Counted from the first letter of the stretch, positions 13,295 to 27,156 are shown. The stretch: 64,000 nt of DNA from Adineta vaga (GCA_021613535.1 CP075493.1:4712001-4776000), one strand, 5' to 3'. A program made the numbers and translations. The notes: generated by a model not told the origin, from the letters alone.

Positions 13295-14372
13295 ATGTCG
13301 ATGCGAAAAGCTCTCGGTCAAGAACCTACAGGAACAATGTATGAAGAACAAGAACGGCAGAAATTGCTTCGCTTGCAACGTGAAAAACAAGAACCACAAG
13401 AACCTCGCCTTGAATGGATCTATACCGGTGATCGAACGAAATCAGAAGATTATTTACTTGGAAGAAAATTTGATAGCGAAGCACAACCAGCTACAGTTGA
13501 AGACGAGAGTTTAACAACATCAACTATTGATTTAGCAAATAAAATTCGTGAAGATCCGTTATATTTAATTAAGAAAAAAGAAATTGAACAGAAAAAACGA
13601 ATTATCGAAAATCCAGTGAAACTTAAACAACTCAAAGAACTTTTGGAACGACAGGAATCCTAGTAAGTATAATGTAATAACATTCCGCTCTTTTTCACTT
13701 AAATAAACAACAAAGATGTTCTTAATGATTTGTTTGGGGTATAAAGACTATCGTAAGACATCTCTTGATAAACCTTGGCATCTTCTGCTATTTCGCTGTA
13801 AGTGATTTTGTATAATTAGATTTCTTTCTGTTTATTTATAGTCAGTCATCTTCTTCACAAAGAAAGAAGCATCATTCACGATCACGATCTCGTTCACCAC
13901 AACGTCAGCATCATCATCAGCATCAGCATAAACATCGCATAATCGTCGTAGTCCATCACCATCATCCCGCCATCGTCATCAACGCCGTTCATCTCCATCA
14001 CCTCGTCGAAGATCGTCACCTCCAGCTCGTTCTGCACCATCACGTCGTGAACGAACATCACCACCACCACGTGTAGCAAAACGTCCAGAGAAACAATCGA
14101 AAGAAGAACGTGATCGTCGTATACGTGCTATGCTTTCTGATGGTGCGGTACGTACTGAACAACGACAACAAAATATTCGTACATATAAAGAACGTGATGA
14201 ACACGAAGAAAAGTCCAATGAACTGATGAAACAACGTGCTAGGAAAAGAAACGATGTATCATCATCGGATGATGAAGAACAAGATTTTCTTCGACCTATG
14301 ATGAAACAAATTGTTGATGATCCAAGTTTAAAAAGACGCGATCTTAAACATCATCATCAAAAACGTCGATAG
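13295..14372 (+). CDS. CWC25: Pre-mRNA splicing factor CWC25-like (apparent frameshift near 13937; canonical N-terminus not seen)
   Basis: LEWIY...EDYLLGR...DLANKIREDPLYLIKKKE...NPVKLK is the CWC25 core. Intron 13663-13841. RS-rich middle and C-terminal EERDRRIRAML. Confidence 0.85.
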
Positions 14373-15165
14373 AAATTTTTATTTTTTGTTTTGTGTATTG
14401 AAAAATACTCACACTTTCTTTCTATGTTTGTATAAAAGCAACAATATATACATATATGGCTAATAAAGCTATTCATTCGACTCATATAAATGTTTGAATA
14501 AAACCTCAAGTCAACAAATGATGACTTGGTAAAGTACAAAAAGACAAGTATTTGTTCATTCTTTCTGATCTCTAATCAATAAGACATGTACAATGTATAA
14601 ACACTAATCGTATGCATACATATACGAATGTTGTTTTATTCTTTTTTTTCCTCTTTCTTCTTGTTTTACTATGTAACTCATTGTGTTCCCTCGTCGGATT
14701 GTCGTCAATATAACAGCGAGTGAACGACAAGTAAAGACAGCGTTTCACCTTTCTCTGTATATACGTTAAGTAGAGAGAAAAGGAAAAAAAATATGACCAT
14801 TATTTTCTTCAGTTTTCTTTCTTGTTTTTATTTTTATCACCATCGACGAATCAATAATAAACGAATATCCATACATGCACGCGACACATTGATAACATAC
14901 TAATTTCATCAATCATAACAAATACCTAAACGACGAAAATAAGCGTATCATTTTCTTCACGATTTTGTATCTCATACGATCGGTTAGCTAGATTATAGTA
15001 CTCAAAATTTAGTATTCTTTTACTTCCGCAGCAATTTGTTTCCTACTATGTGTGACTTTCTTTTTCCTTTCTACTCTTCTTTCTTCTATTGATATAAACC
15101 GATGACTCAGCTACTGAATCAAACTTGTATAAAATTCTTTTGTTTAAGAACTTATCGATACATTC

Positions 15166-15984
15166 ATGGCACAATCTTCAGGAGCTGATTATATATTTAA
15201 AATTGTCTTGACTGGTGATTCAGGTGTTGGTAAATCGAGTTTACTATCACGATTTACTCGTAATGAATTTTCACTTGAAAGTCGATCAACGATTGGAGTA
15301 GAATTTTCAACAAAAGAAGTTCAAGTTGACGGAAAAACAATCAAAGTTCAAATTTGGGATACTGGTAGAGTCATTGAGAATATTTCTAACATAACAACAT
15401 ATTATTTTAGCTGGCCAAGAACGTTTTATGGCTATTACAAAAGCATACTATCGTAATGCTTTAGGTGCTCTCGTTGTTTTTGATATTTTAAAAGCATCAA
15501 CATTTCAAAATCTTGATCAATGGTAATGAAATTTCAACAAATATTCTTTGAAAATAAGATAGGTCTTTTCTTCAATTAGGTATAATGAAGTTCGAGCAAA
15601 TGCTGGTGCAGATTGTTCTGTTATTTTAATTGGAAATAAAGTCGATCAGCGACATATTCGAGCTGTTCTTTATGAAGATGCAAAACGTTATGCAGAAGAA
15701 AGAAATATTCAGTACGAATTTTTTTTCTTTTTTTATTCAATATCAAAAAATTCTTTTCATTTAGATATATCGAAACATCAGCATCGGATTCAACAAATGT
15801 CGAACAAGCTTTTCGTACTCTTATTACTGATATCTATCGACATTGGGCTGCTCGAATGGATTCAATGAGAGATGAATCTATTCCTCCACCACGAACTGTT
15901 GATCCAATAATAAAACCCGGTTTTTCACAAACAAATAATTCAAACAACACTAGCACAACGAAATCATGTTGTGGTAGTTCTTAA
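15166..15984 (+). CDS. Rab11-family small GTPase
   Basis: [33 protein letters not shown] (split by intron 15365-15410), GNKVD, ETSA. C-terminal CCGSS prenylation motif. Confidence 0.93.
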
Positions 15985-16606
15985 AACTATTTGACTCTTG
16001 TTTTGTCTTTGATTTAATGTATACATATTTCTTGTCTTTCTAATAATAAAAAAACAAAACTTGTGAAAGTCAATTGAAAGAAAAGACAATGATTTTTACC
16101 TTTGACTGTTAACCTCTCATAAGAAAAAAAACGCAATATTTTTTATATAGCAGAACAAATTTCGTAGAAAATAAAATTGATATTACATTCTTCGACAATT
16201 TTAGGATCTTGTTTATGCTTCATTAATGATTAATATTGGTAACAAAATTATACATATTTACACTGAAAAAACATTATGTATGATTTATACTTTCATAACG
16301 GTAATTAATGGTATACTTGTCAATATTTTACTCGGACATGATCAAGGAACAAGAGATTCCGAGTATCTAGTATTACGTATTTGATTTACGTGATATTTCA
16401 AATTGTAATATCCTCTATCTCTAGTGCCCTATGGGATAAAAATCGGATACATTCCTTGCTATCATTTGTCAATATTTACATGGTATTTTGACGCAATATC
16501 ATGAATTTAATTGACAATTGTAACGCTTCGTTGCTTGATTAGTCTTATAAATTGCTGTATTTCAAATTTTTCACTACATTCATTCATTTTCAAACGCAAA
16601 CTAAAC

Positions 16607-16828
16607 ATGCCTGGTGACTTTCCAACTGGTATGAGCAATGTAACTGCTCGACATTTTCAAAGAGTATCGCGAGATATTCACAACTACAATAAAACTAATT
16701 ATCCAACTGAAGAACTTCAAACAGCTAGTAATGTACATCATTATTATCATGATGCCAATGTATCAGCTATGGCTTCGAATTCATTAACAACATTAATAGA
16801 ACAATTATTAATTCAAATATTTGGTTAA
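16607..16828 (+). CDS. Hypothetical 73-aa protein
   Basis: AAACATG start context, coding-like composition (MPGDFPTGMSNV...LIQIFG) and a downstream AATAAA near 16946. No recognised family. Confidence 0.35.
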   Translation: MPGDFPTGMSNVTARHFQRVSRDIHNYNKTNYPTEELQTASNVHHYYHDANVSAMASNSLTTLIEQLLIQIFG

Positions 16829-17282
16829 ATATTCCATTTTCTTTTTAACTATTTATATACGAACTGTTCATTCTATTGCATCGTTGCATATCGGATTTTT
16901 TTCATACGTACGATACTATGTACATCAAATCTTTCTTTTTATTTCAATAAATGTCTGTAGAAATTTAGAAGAGAAATATTATTTCATGGACAGTTAAATT
17001 CATGAAAATTTGATGATTTACAGAGATATTTGTTTACTACGCAAACAAAGAAAGTGCAGAAGAAACAATAATTGTATACGATAGTAGTCATTCAAGCATG
17101 AAATATGATTCATTGATGGTTTATCTTTGGAAGAGATCATGCAAAATCCTAGTTTCGATCTTGGTAGTTGTACTTTATAAAATAATAATTTATCGAATGA
17201 GCGCGTCAATTTCCTTTTATTTTACGTTCTCGTTTGTGTTTTCATCTCTATCACTATTATGGATTAGTAATATAGAACTATA

Positions 17283-18653
17283 ATGTCTCGAGCTGAAGGT
17301 GCAGTACCACCCATTGTTACTCATCAACCATCGGGTAAATTGGTTCGTGCATCACGTCAAGGAACATCATCGAATGAAGAACCACAAGTACCACTGTTAC
17401 TCATCAATCGTTATCGAGTATCAACTATGATTGGTTCGGGTTCATTTGGACATATTTTTGAAGCTGATGATATTCATACAAATGAACAAGTTGCTATTAA
17501 ATTTGAATCACATGCACTTCAATATCCACAATTAGCTTATGAAGCACGCGTTTTAAAACTTATTTCAGGAAGTGGAATACCTAAAATATACTGGTTTGTA
17601 GAGACGATTGAATGATTATTGAAATTCAATCGTGATTATTTAAGGTATGGTGAAGTTGATGATTATAATGTTTTAGTCATGGAAAAATTAGGTCCTAGTA
17701 TTGAAGATCTCTTGTGTTATTGTCGTCGATCATTTTCATTAAAAACTGTTCTCTTATTAGCTGAACAAATGCTTAAACGGTAGAACACTTTTTTTTTATT
17801 GAATTCTTTCTTTTCTTTTTTACTGAAATATGCTATGTAGTTTACAACATATACATTCACGTACTTTTCTTCATCGTGAGTAAGTGTCATATATATATAT
17901 ATATATATATCTTATGAAATACTTTTCATGTACTTCAATTGATGGAATTTAGTTTAAAACCTGATAATTTTTTAATGGGTGTATTTTCATGGTCACATCG
18001 TTTGTATTTAATTGATTTTGGTCTTTCCAAACGCTTTGTTGATGCTAAAACAAGACGACATATTGCTTATCGTGAAGGAAAGGGTCTAACAGGCACACCA
18101 CGTTATGCATCAATTAATTCTCATCTTGGAAAAGAACAATCACGACGTGATGATCTTGAAGCACTTGGTTATGTTCTCGTCTATCTTTACGAAGGACGTT
18201 CGTATTCAATAGAGAAAATTCATATTCATTCATTTTAACCTTGAATTTCTATTTGATAAAAAAAAAGGTTTGCCATGGCAAGGTCTGAAAGCTGCAGCTA
18301 AATCAGCTAAATATGAAAAAATTTGTGAACGAAAACTTCATACATCCCTTGAATCACTTTGTTTAAATATGCCGAAAGAATTTGCAACATATCTTCAATA
18401 TTGTCGTCAATTAGAATTTACTGATGAACCTAATTATCATTATTTGTTAGAATTATTTGATGAGCTATTTGTTCGACATGCCTTCGTACGTGATTATGTT
18501 TATGATTGGAATCTGATTCGATTTCGACGTGGATCAACAGCAATAACAACAAATAATGAAATAAATGAACGACCTATTATTTTAACTAATAAGCGTTCAA
18601 AATCTCTCACACCAGTTATTGCTACAGCTCGTTATACAACTCAACGTGAATAG
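17283..18653 (+). CDS. Casein kinase I family Ser/Thr kinase
   Basis: [51 protein letters not shown]. Five exons. Confidence 0.95.
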
Positions 18654-19276
18654 TTCTAAACAAATTCTCTTTCAATTCTTTCTTTACTTATTCTTGATTT
18701 TGATAATTCTACACAATAATGAAATCTAGTATATAAAAGATAATTAGATGATTGACATGATAGAACAAACAACCATGTAAATTTTTTTATTCAAGCATGT
18801 AAATCATGTTGTTATAACTGGAATAATATTCATTCATTAATTACCTCTTTGGCAGCAAGCTTTTATGAATAAAAATGAATCCATAAACTCGTCGCTAACA
18901 AGTTACATATGAATGATTATATAGAATTGCATTCTATTTTAATAAATGATACTCACAAACTTGTAATATTGTACGAAATATATAATAAAAGAAGTTTTTG
19001 TTGTTTGCAGTTATCAATAAGTATATAAGCATCATTTATTCTATTAAAAGAACACGACCGAAGTCTTTTCTTCTCTACTTATTTAACGCCGGAACACATA
19101 AAAAGAAGACATCGAAGTTGATGGCACTATGTTTTTCTTTCTCGATTTCTTCTCTTTCTTCTTTTGCCTTTAAACTGTTTATATTGTTGCAAAGAAACCA
19201 AAAAATTCCAATAGTTACGATCATTTTGTAGTTCTGTCTTGTTTGTTGACTGTCAAAAGACGAAGAAAAAGAAACG

Positions 19277-21237
19277 ATGAAATTGGATAACGTCGATCTT
19301 GGCAAATTAAAATTTGCTGACATTCCTAAATTTGTCCAATGTCCTTGTGAACTCTGTGATGATGGTTGTTATGAAAAATGTGGAAATGAACATTATCCCG
19401 GATGTAAACATCGATTACAACCACGATCAAAATTGTCTCCATCAGCTCGTTGTCCTCAGACACATTATCAAGGAACATTTGTACCTATAAAAGATGATCA
19501 CCGTCGACAACCATGTCCACCTATACCTGATAATGATATACCAACATCATTTAAAAACGTACCGATGTCAACAATCAATACACAGAAAGAACATTATCCA
19601 CCACCACCTTCTGGTACTGCGAGACAAAAACCAACATCTCCTGCTAAACAAGTATTTTCAGTTCAAGATTAAAATCATTTATTATGTTACTTTTTGTTCT
19701 ATAGTCGGATAAATATATCGTCACAGGCGGCTCAGCGCCAATGGAAACACAAACTCATTATCAAACTGAATACAGTGAAAAACCAGTTGGTCATGTGATT
19801 CATCGAACAGCGAAAGATGCTACAAGAGAAACTCAGTGAATATTTCATTTTTTTTCTCTCTACTGTTTAATCTGTATAGTTGTATCATCTAGAGTAAATA
19901 TAACAGATCCATCAGCACCGTTAGCATCAAAAACAACTTCTCATACTCATTTTAAACAATGGCAACCCATTACTGTACATCCATATGCTGAAATGCCGAC
20001 TATAGCTGGTATTTTGTTCTACAAAACATCTTTTAAGTTCGTTGAAATCCTTTTTTCTTTCTTCTAATTACTTAGGTCATATTCTTTTTCCTGATGCCAA
20101 TCGTACTTTTGACACGACAACTGGACGGGCATTTGTACCCTATTCAAACGTTTCAAGAGTCAAACCTATTATTCGACCTGAATATCGTGGAAATCTCACG
20201 ATCTCCGGTAAGAAAAACATTCTTTTCTCCACTCTAGAAAACCAAAATTTCAATCTTATTGATTAGGTGACATGGATTTACATACAAATTATCGAAGAGA
20301 ATTTACGACTCCAAAATCAACATCATTAAAAAGTGCTCCAGTGAAACCAACTGATGCATCAAGTGAAGAAAAAGTTTATACACGTCGTCCAATGAATGGA
20401 ATCTCTCAGACTTCGTATGATTTTCGTCCATATTCAAATCATCGACCACCTCAACCATTTGACATGGAACCATTTCAATCACAAATTACTATAGGAGATT
20501 CATTTGCACCATTACCAAAGTTGGTTTTCTTCAGTTAAGTTTTCTTCGAAATAAATAATGATTGTGCTTTTAGAGATACTCAATATCGTCTTGATTATCC
20601 AGGTTATGATGCTAATAAACATCATCGACCACCTGCTATGGCACCAAAAGATCAACAATATGTTGCTCCAGTCGAAAAAATGGATTCTCTCACAGTGACG
20701 CAGGTAATTCTCGTGTCAATATGATATAAAATTTAACCTTTGTTTTCTCTCTAGCGAGATTTTCAACCTATTGACGTTAGTGCTTTACCGCGTATTCGTG
20801 CTCAACCATTAAAAGCAAATTTATCAGTTCGTGATAATACAGGTCCAATGGAAAGTGTGACAATGTCTCACTATCATTATCAACCTTATAAACCAATGAC
20901 AGTTCGACGACAATATGGTGAAATAATACCCAATGTTTATATTCCGCCGATGGAAAAATTTCAAGGATCCACTACAACAGGTGATACATTTCAAGGACGA
21001 GCAGGTAAATATCATCTTGAATTAATCAAACATTATCCCAATATTTTGATTATTTCAGGTCGACCAGCACGACCTTATATACCAGAAATTCGAATGATTA
21101 GTCAAAAGGGTAAACAAGATCATAATACCAGTTATCGAATGGATTATCATCCACATGGTCTTAGTTTATGTGCAGCAAAAGCATTTACATATGTTCAACG
21201 TAAAGAAACAAATCCAACATCTATATCAACTCATTAA
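19277..21237 (+). CDS. SAXO/FAM154-like stabilizer of axonemal microtubules
   Basis: N-terminal CPCELC and repeated Mn-like T-x-Y-x-x-D/E-F/Y motifs (THYQGTF, TNYRREF, TSYDF, TSYRMDY). Multi-exon. Confidence 0.75.
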
Positions 21238-21566
21238 AAACAAAAGACTAACATTTTAGACTTTCATCAAATGTGTTCATGATCTTTTTTTTTCTTTCAA
21301 ATTCATCAGTTTATTTACTTTTGATTCTTTTTTTTTCGAAACAAATAATCTAAATTTTGTAAAAACTAATATTTCTTTGCAGACACAATGACATTGTTAA
21401 AGAGAAGAAGCAGATAATATTTTGAATCTGGTTTTATTCTAGATTGTGAAGAAAACGAAAAAGATATTCTCGACATCAAAAACCAACAATAGACGACTTC
21501 TAATAAAGCTAGACATTCAAATGTTTTGTTCTATTGCAAAAACGATAGGCAATAAGAGAAAATGAG

Positions 21567-22515
21567 CTAATTATTGTTTGGTAATGATAGATAAAGTTGA
21601 AGAGTTGTTAAACCAACTGATGCTGTAAACAAAAATTTTGTTAATAAATGAATCCATGGACCAAAACCCAATGCATGCATAAAGACTCTGTAAAGAAAGG
21701 AAAGATAAAGATTGAAATAATTCAAAGAAAAATGAAATTATACTCTAAAATTAACGGCCGATAACAACATAAGAGAAGAAGAACATTGATCAAAGGAATG
21801 TAAGATTTATTCAAATCATTACGAGTACGAAGCCAAATAAGCATTGCAACTGACAAATGATGTATCTATAATAAAAACAAAATGAATGAAATGTTTCATT
21901 TACATTTCTCGTATCTTACTAAAGCAATATTTGAATCAAGACTCATTTGAATATATTTCCAATCGAATTCAATACCACGAGCTCCTACCCATAATGGTAA
22001 AAATCTAAACAAATAAAATTCATATTTCATTTCCATTAAGCTTAATAAAACAAACTTTGTAACAATAAGTTCAGCTGAAGTCCAACCAAGTGCAGCAACT
22101 AGATATTTCAAATCTGTTTTACCCAAAAGACGTGTTATAACAAAATGTAAACCAACTAAATCTAAGATATCAACCGTATTTTTCAAAAATTCCTACAAGA
22201 TCAATTTACAAGCATATTTTCAAGATAAAAAAACAATATTCTAACTGTTTTCACTACAAATGCCGATGATTCATCAACTGGCGGAAAACATGTTGCAATC
22301 GTCAACATTTTCACAAATTGAACAAATAAATAAAAGGCAGCAGATTGAACACATTTCCAAAATGCATTGTATTCCGCTCTAAACAAGAAAAAAATCAATT
22401 GGAAATTTCTTCACTTTCTTCCTTCTTTTCATACTTACAATCCTGAATATTTATATGTTAATAAAACAGGACCACAAGCTAAAGCTAAACAATTGCCAAA
22501 ATGAAAAAGAGGCAT
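21567..22515 (-). CDS. TMEM147: Transmembrane protein 147 (Nicalin-NOMO/BOS complex)
   Basis: [12 protein letters not shown]...[17 protein letters not shown] and [26 protein letters not shown]. An upstream exon (22700-22626) can add MKDHFL in frame. Confidence 0.93.
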
Positions 22516-22877
22516 CTAGAAAAAAAACCACAATATTTTATAGACGCGTTTACAGGGGAAAAAAATTTCTTTTGTTCCGTTCGAATATTAACTTCGCACA
22601 CAAAATTCGCAAGGTTTTCTCTTACCAAAAAATGATCTTTCATCTCATCCTCATCATAGATTTCTTCGGTCAAGTCTAAACTCTTCTCTCCATCAAACGA
22701 CTATTCAATGTGGATGTTAAAAAACATTTAGAAAAAAGACAGGCAAGAGAAAGAAAACAAATAGAAGTTAATCTGATTGTTTTATTTTTATTCTACAAAA
22801 AAACCTGTAGGGACGATATGCAATTTTTAAAAAAAGGGAGGACAGGCAAAAAAAGACGGATCATAATGTTCTTTTTT

Positions 22878-23669
22878 CTAACGTAATGGTCTCCAAGATT
22901 GAAAAATTTCTTTATATTTTCGTCGTTTTTCGAATACTTCAGGAAAATCTTCGGGATGTCGTCGAACATAATCCCATATGCTCAATTCTTTTTCTAACAT
23001 ACGTTGTTCACGAAATTTTCTCCACCACGAACCAAATACAAAACCACCGACAAGTGCTGCAGCATAAACAGGTCGAGCTGAAAAATATGGTCGTCGTAAA
23101 TACATATTACGCATCAATACCACAACAGAAAAACTAAGTGGAAATAAAACACGTGAATCGTATGGAGACATAAAATATGGCATTCCCCAAACACGATAAC
23201 GTGGATTATTTTCATAATCACGATCAAGATCACCATCACTTGGCTTAAGACCCATGTCGAAAAGAATAACCTAAATAGAGATGAATATAAATATAATATG
23301 ACGATTGACGAAAAAAAATCTTACCTTTCGTGCTGTAGGTGAAAATAAAGCTAAATGATCTTCTTGAATTTGTACTTTACCATCTTTATCCTCTTTTCTT
23401 TCATCAAAATAACGATTATATTCAGGATTTAATGATTTGCCTGGTAATAATTTGTCTCGTTGTTCTTTAATTAATGGATTTGTATCTAATTCATCGCCTG
23501 TTCCACCACCTAGAACTGGATATGTACGCCATGGTTGTGGTCGAGCAAATGAACGATTGGTATATTCAAATGCAGATACTTTATCATATTCTTGATCAAA
23601 TGATCGACGAGCTGGACCAACATGGTAATCATCATGTTTATCTCCCCATGTACCGATGCCTGTCGACAT
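22878..23669 (-). CDS. NDUFC2: Complex I accessory subunit NDUFC2 (B14.5b) with long N-terminal extension, 245 aa
   Basis: Exons 23669-23325 and 23270-22878. C-terminal RRPYFS...DYVRRHPEDFPE...KYKEIFQSWRPLR matches the NDUFC2 signature. Confidence 0.85.
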
Positions 23670-23737
23670 ATTTCTAGAACTTTTCTTTTTCTTATCTAGA
23701 ATAATAGACACAAAAGAGAATTTTCGAAGAAAAAATA

Positions 23738-26700
23738 TCACATATAATCATCAAGAATCATCGAAGAGGAGGAAGAAGATGAAGATGGTTGTTCATCATC
23801 TTTTACTGAAAAATCAGTGACAATAGTCATTTTATATTGAATTAAACGCGATTCAAATGATGGATGTAATCTTTGACATTCATAGATTAATTCATTGATT
23901 AAAGTTAATTTCGATTCATTAGAAGAAAGAAAAGTATTGAGTAGAGTTAAAATTTCTAAAAAAATTCAATGAAAAACAATTCGTATTATGATTAAGTTGA
24001 AATGAAATTGTTCTTTACCTTGATCTGCTTGTCGACGAAGTAATAATTTCACTTTCTTCTTTATTTCACGATATTTTTTTACTAATTGTCGATGATCATC
24101 ATCCAGCACAGAACGAACATCAAATGAAAAACGATTCAATGAATTACTAGCGGTTATTGAATCCGTATCTGATTCTAAAATATATTTTCATTCATACAAA
24201 TAAAATAAAAAGAGTATTACAAATTCGAACCATCATCGGTACTTGTTGTAGATGTTGCAGGACTAGAAGGACCACTACTACCACCACCGCTGAGAGAGGA
24301 ATTTCTGCGATAGACATAATTTCGAAGTGCTAGTGCTAAACAATATAAGAATAGAAATAAACGAATGAGAAAGAAGTATAACATACGTGTTCGTTTCTTT
24401 TTCATTGCACTACCACCAGGTGTAAGACTCTGTTCGGATTGTGAACGTTTCCGTGATGGTAATTGTTGTTGTTGTTGTTGCTGTTGCTGTGGAACAGCAG
24501 CTGTTCCCACTAAGTCATCGATTTCATCGATTGGCTAGAATAGAACATAACGATTGAACATTTCATAAAATGACATTTATGTTCAACTCAATATCAATGG
24601 CATACTTTGTTAACTTTGAATGGATTTCCAAAGACATGTTGTCTAACTGGTTGAGCATCAATTTCTCTCAATGGTGGCGCTTGTCCATTTGCTCGAGGAT
24701 ATTCATCATAATTAGACATTTCTTTAATCGGTACAGAATGTACTGCATCATCATCATGTATATCATAGTGATTCGTAGGTTGCAAGAAATATCGACGTAA
24801 TTTCATAACAACATCAAGTAATTGTGTTCGAGGTATATCGGATACATTTCTAATCAAGAGGAAACGTAGAGTTTCTTTTCCTGTAGAGATAATTCAAAGT
24901 TTCTTACAGATACGATTGCAATGTTAATGATGATTTAGAATTTGTTTTGGGTTGAAGAGCAAAACTACTGTGGATTAATTCATCACCTGGTTGATGAAGA
25001 TCCGCACTAGATGAAGATGTTTTATCGAGGAGAAGATCAGAACGTCTAGAAAAACAAGTGAATAATCGTTGAAATTATTTATGATCAAAGAGCAAATACG
25101 AACGCAGGAACAAGATGAATTTTTGGTGGTGGTGGCGGTTTATCTGGCATGGGTGTCCATCGTTCAAGTTCATTCTTTGCTTGAAATCGAATTTTTTTCA
25201 AATAACCAAGCATTTGAGGTGAAAGAAGAATTGTGGATTGAGTTGGATTTTGTTTATCAAAAGATTCGAATACAAATTGAAGTTGTCGTCTAGAAAGAAC
25301 TCGTTTCAATGGCTAAAAATAAAACAAATATATATTTCATTATTTCAATCATAAAATGATACATACGGCAATGTAATATGGAGGAATAGATCGAAGATAA
25401 CTGTCAAAACGATTTTGCCAAGTTTTAGTTACATTAGAACCATGAACTTTATTTAATTCACCTGTAATAATAGAAAATAATATGTATACACATATAGAGA
25501 GAAAGAAGAGATGTTCATCAAATCTTTCTTACTAAGTAATGTAGATAATTCTTGATAATTATATGGCATTATATATAGATTAACTGTTGTTAAATTTGAA
25601 CTAGCTTTAAGATAACCGAATGGTGAACCAAGTTCAGTTGGACCTGCACGAGATGAACCTTGAACAAAAACCTAGAAAGTAAAAAATAGAAAATTTTCTA
25701 TTTCGTTGATTTAGTGAAATAATTATTGCACGTACCGGCCAAGCCATTGTTGGTTGTCGTCGTTCAAGAATATATTGTGTTAAAGGTGATGGTTCTAATT
25801 CATATTTATCAAATGGAAGTTTATCTCCAACAGTTGAACAAGGAATTGTTTGAAATTTAATTAGAGCATGTGCTGATCGAGCAGGAAGAGATGCCATTGC
25901 AGGTGACGGCCAATAATCTTCAGGAATTGGCCAATTATATTCAGTTTTCTCCGTTTTGGGTAAGGAACGTGGAATCATAATCATTTTCCGACATGAATGC
26001 CATGTACATCGTTCTGTATCTCCTAAATAAACATAACAATAATAACTCATAATCAATTTTATCTTCTCTCTACCTTCAGTAATAACTTTTTCTAGATTAA
26101 CAACGACACCAATTTGAATTTTTTGTACAAGTGATTCTAAACATTGATACAGAGCTCGTTGAGAACTGATCAAATACGAACGACCTACAATTTATACAAC
26201 AGAATTGTCTCTTTTTTTGTATTCAACATTTCTTCTTTCACATACCACCAGTTACATCACACATTGCAGTTATTGGTTGATCAACTGCTGCGGGAATGAA
26301 TTGATTAGCAGGTACATCTCCTAGAAGTATTTGCAGTATTTGCTAAATTTCCTGTCTGTGTTATGGATGAAGCATTGGCCGGTAAAGCAAGAACAATAGC
26401 AAATAATCGTTGATCCCATCGAAATGGTTCTTTCGTTAATTCACTTCCAACAGGTCCAGTATTCATTGGAATATTAATCTAAAATATATTTTGATTCGAT
26501 TAAAGGAAATGAAACACTCGTTATATGTATATATATATATATATTCTTACTTCATTTTGAACACCAGCTGGTGTTGTTAATTTTTGTTTATCTGTAATTA
26601 CAATAATCAATGATGGTTCGAGTAAATGTGGAAATCGACCACAGCCATATGTATCATGATCAGCAGCATGTCGATTAAGATTAAGTAAATCAAATGCTTG

Positions 26701-27039
26701 TTTTATAGCTGCACCCATTTGCGTCAATCCAGTTGCTTCAAGACATCTCAATTGATTATTAAATACAGTCATCGGTTCTTTCCATCCAACTTTCACATTC
26801 AAAGGTGGTTCATCTAATGTTAATAGCATATATCGATCTGTTCGAGCAGCAGCAGCATCACGTTGTCTGATCTATCGGAACGAACAAGAAAATTTTCTAT
26901 TTTGAAGAATAGAAGACGAATAACTAACTTTAAAAAATTGTTCGATTGCACCTTTACTTATATCAAAAAGACTTGTACCAATATGAGTCATTTGATTCAT
27001 CGATGCTGAATTGTCCAGAAGAAATATAACAACTGGCAT
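23738..27039 (-). CDS. INTS6: Integrator complex subunit 6 (apparent 1-nt frameshift near 26322)
   Basis: vWA start MPVVIFLLDNSASMNQ, plus DTYGCGRFP, ELTKEPFRWDQRLF, PFDKYELEPSPLTQYILER and QHVFGNPFK. TGA at 23740-23738. Confidence 0.93.
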
Positions 27040-27156
27040 TTTTTTATTTCTTCAATTAACACCGAGATCCAACTGATAAATAAGACGATCTGAAAGATTA
27101 TTGTTGTTTACTACCTATTCCAATCGTTAATAGACCATTCACAGTTATTTATTTGA

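Noticed and set aside
13690-13820. Intronic snoRNA in CWC25
   Set aside because: No convincing paired C/D or H/ACA boxes with stems could be seen.
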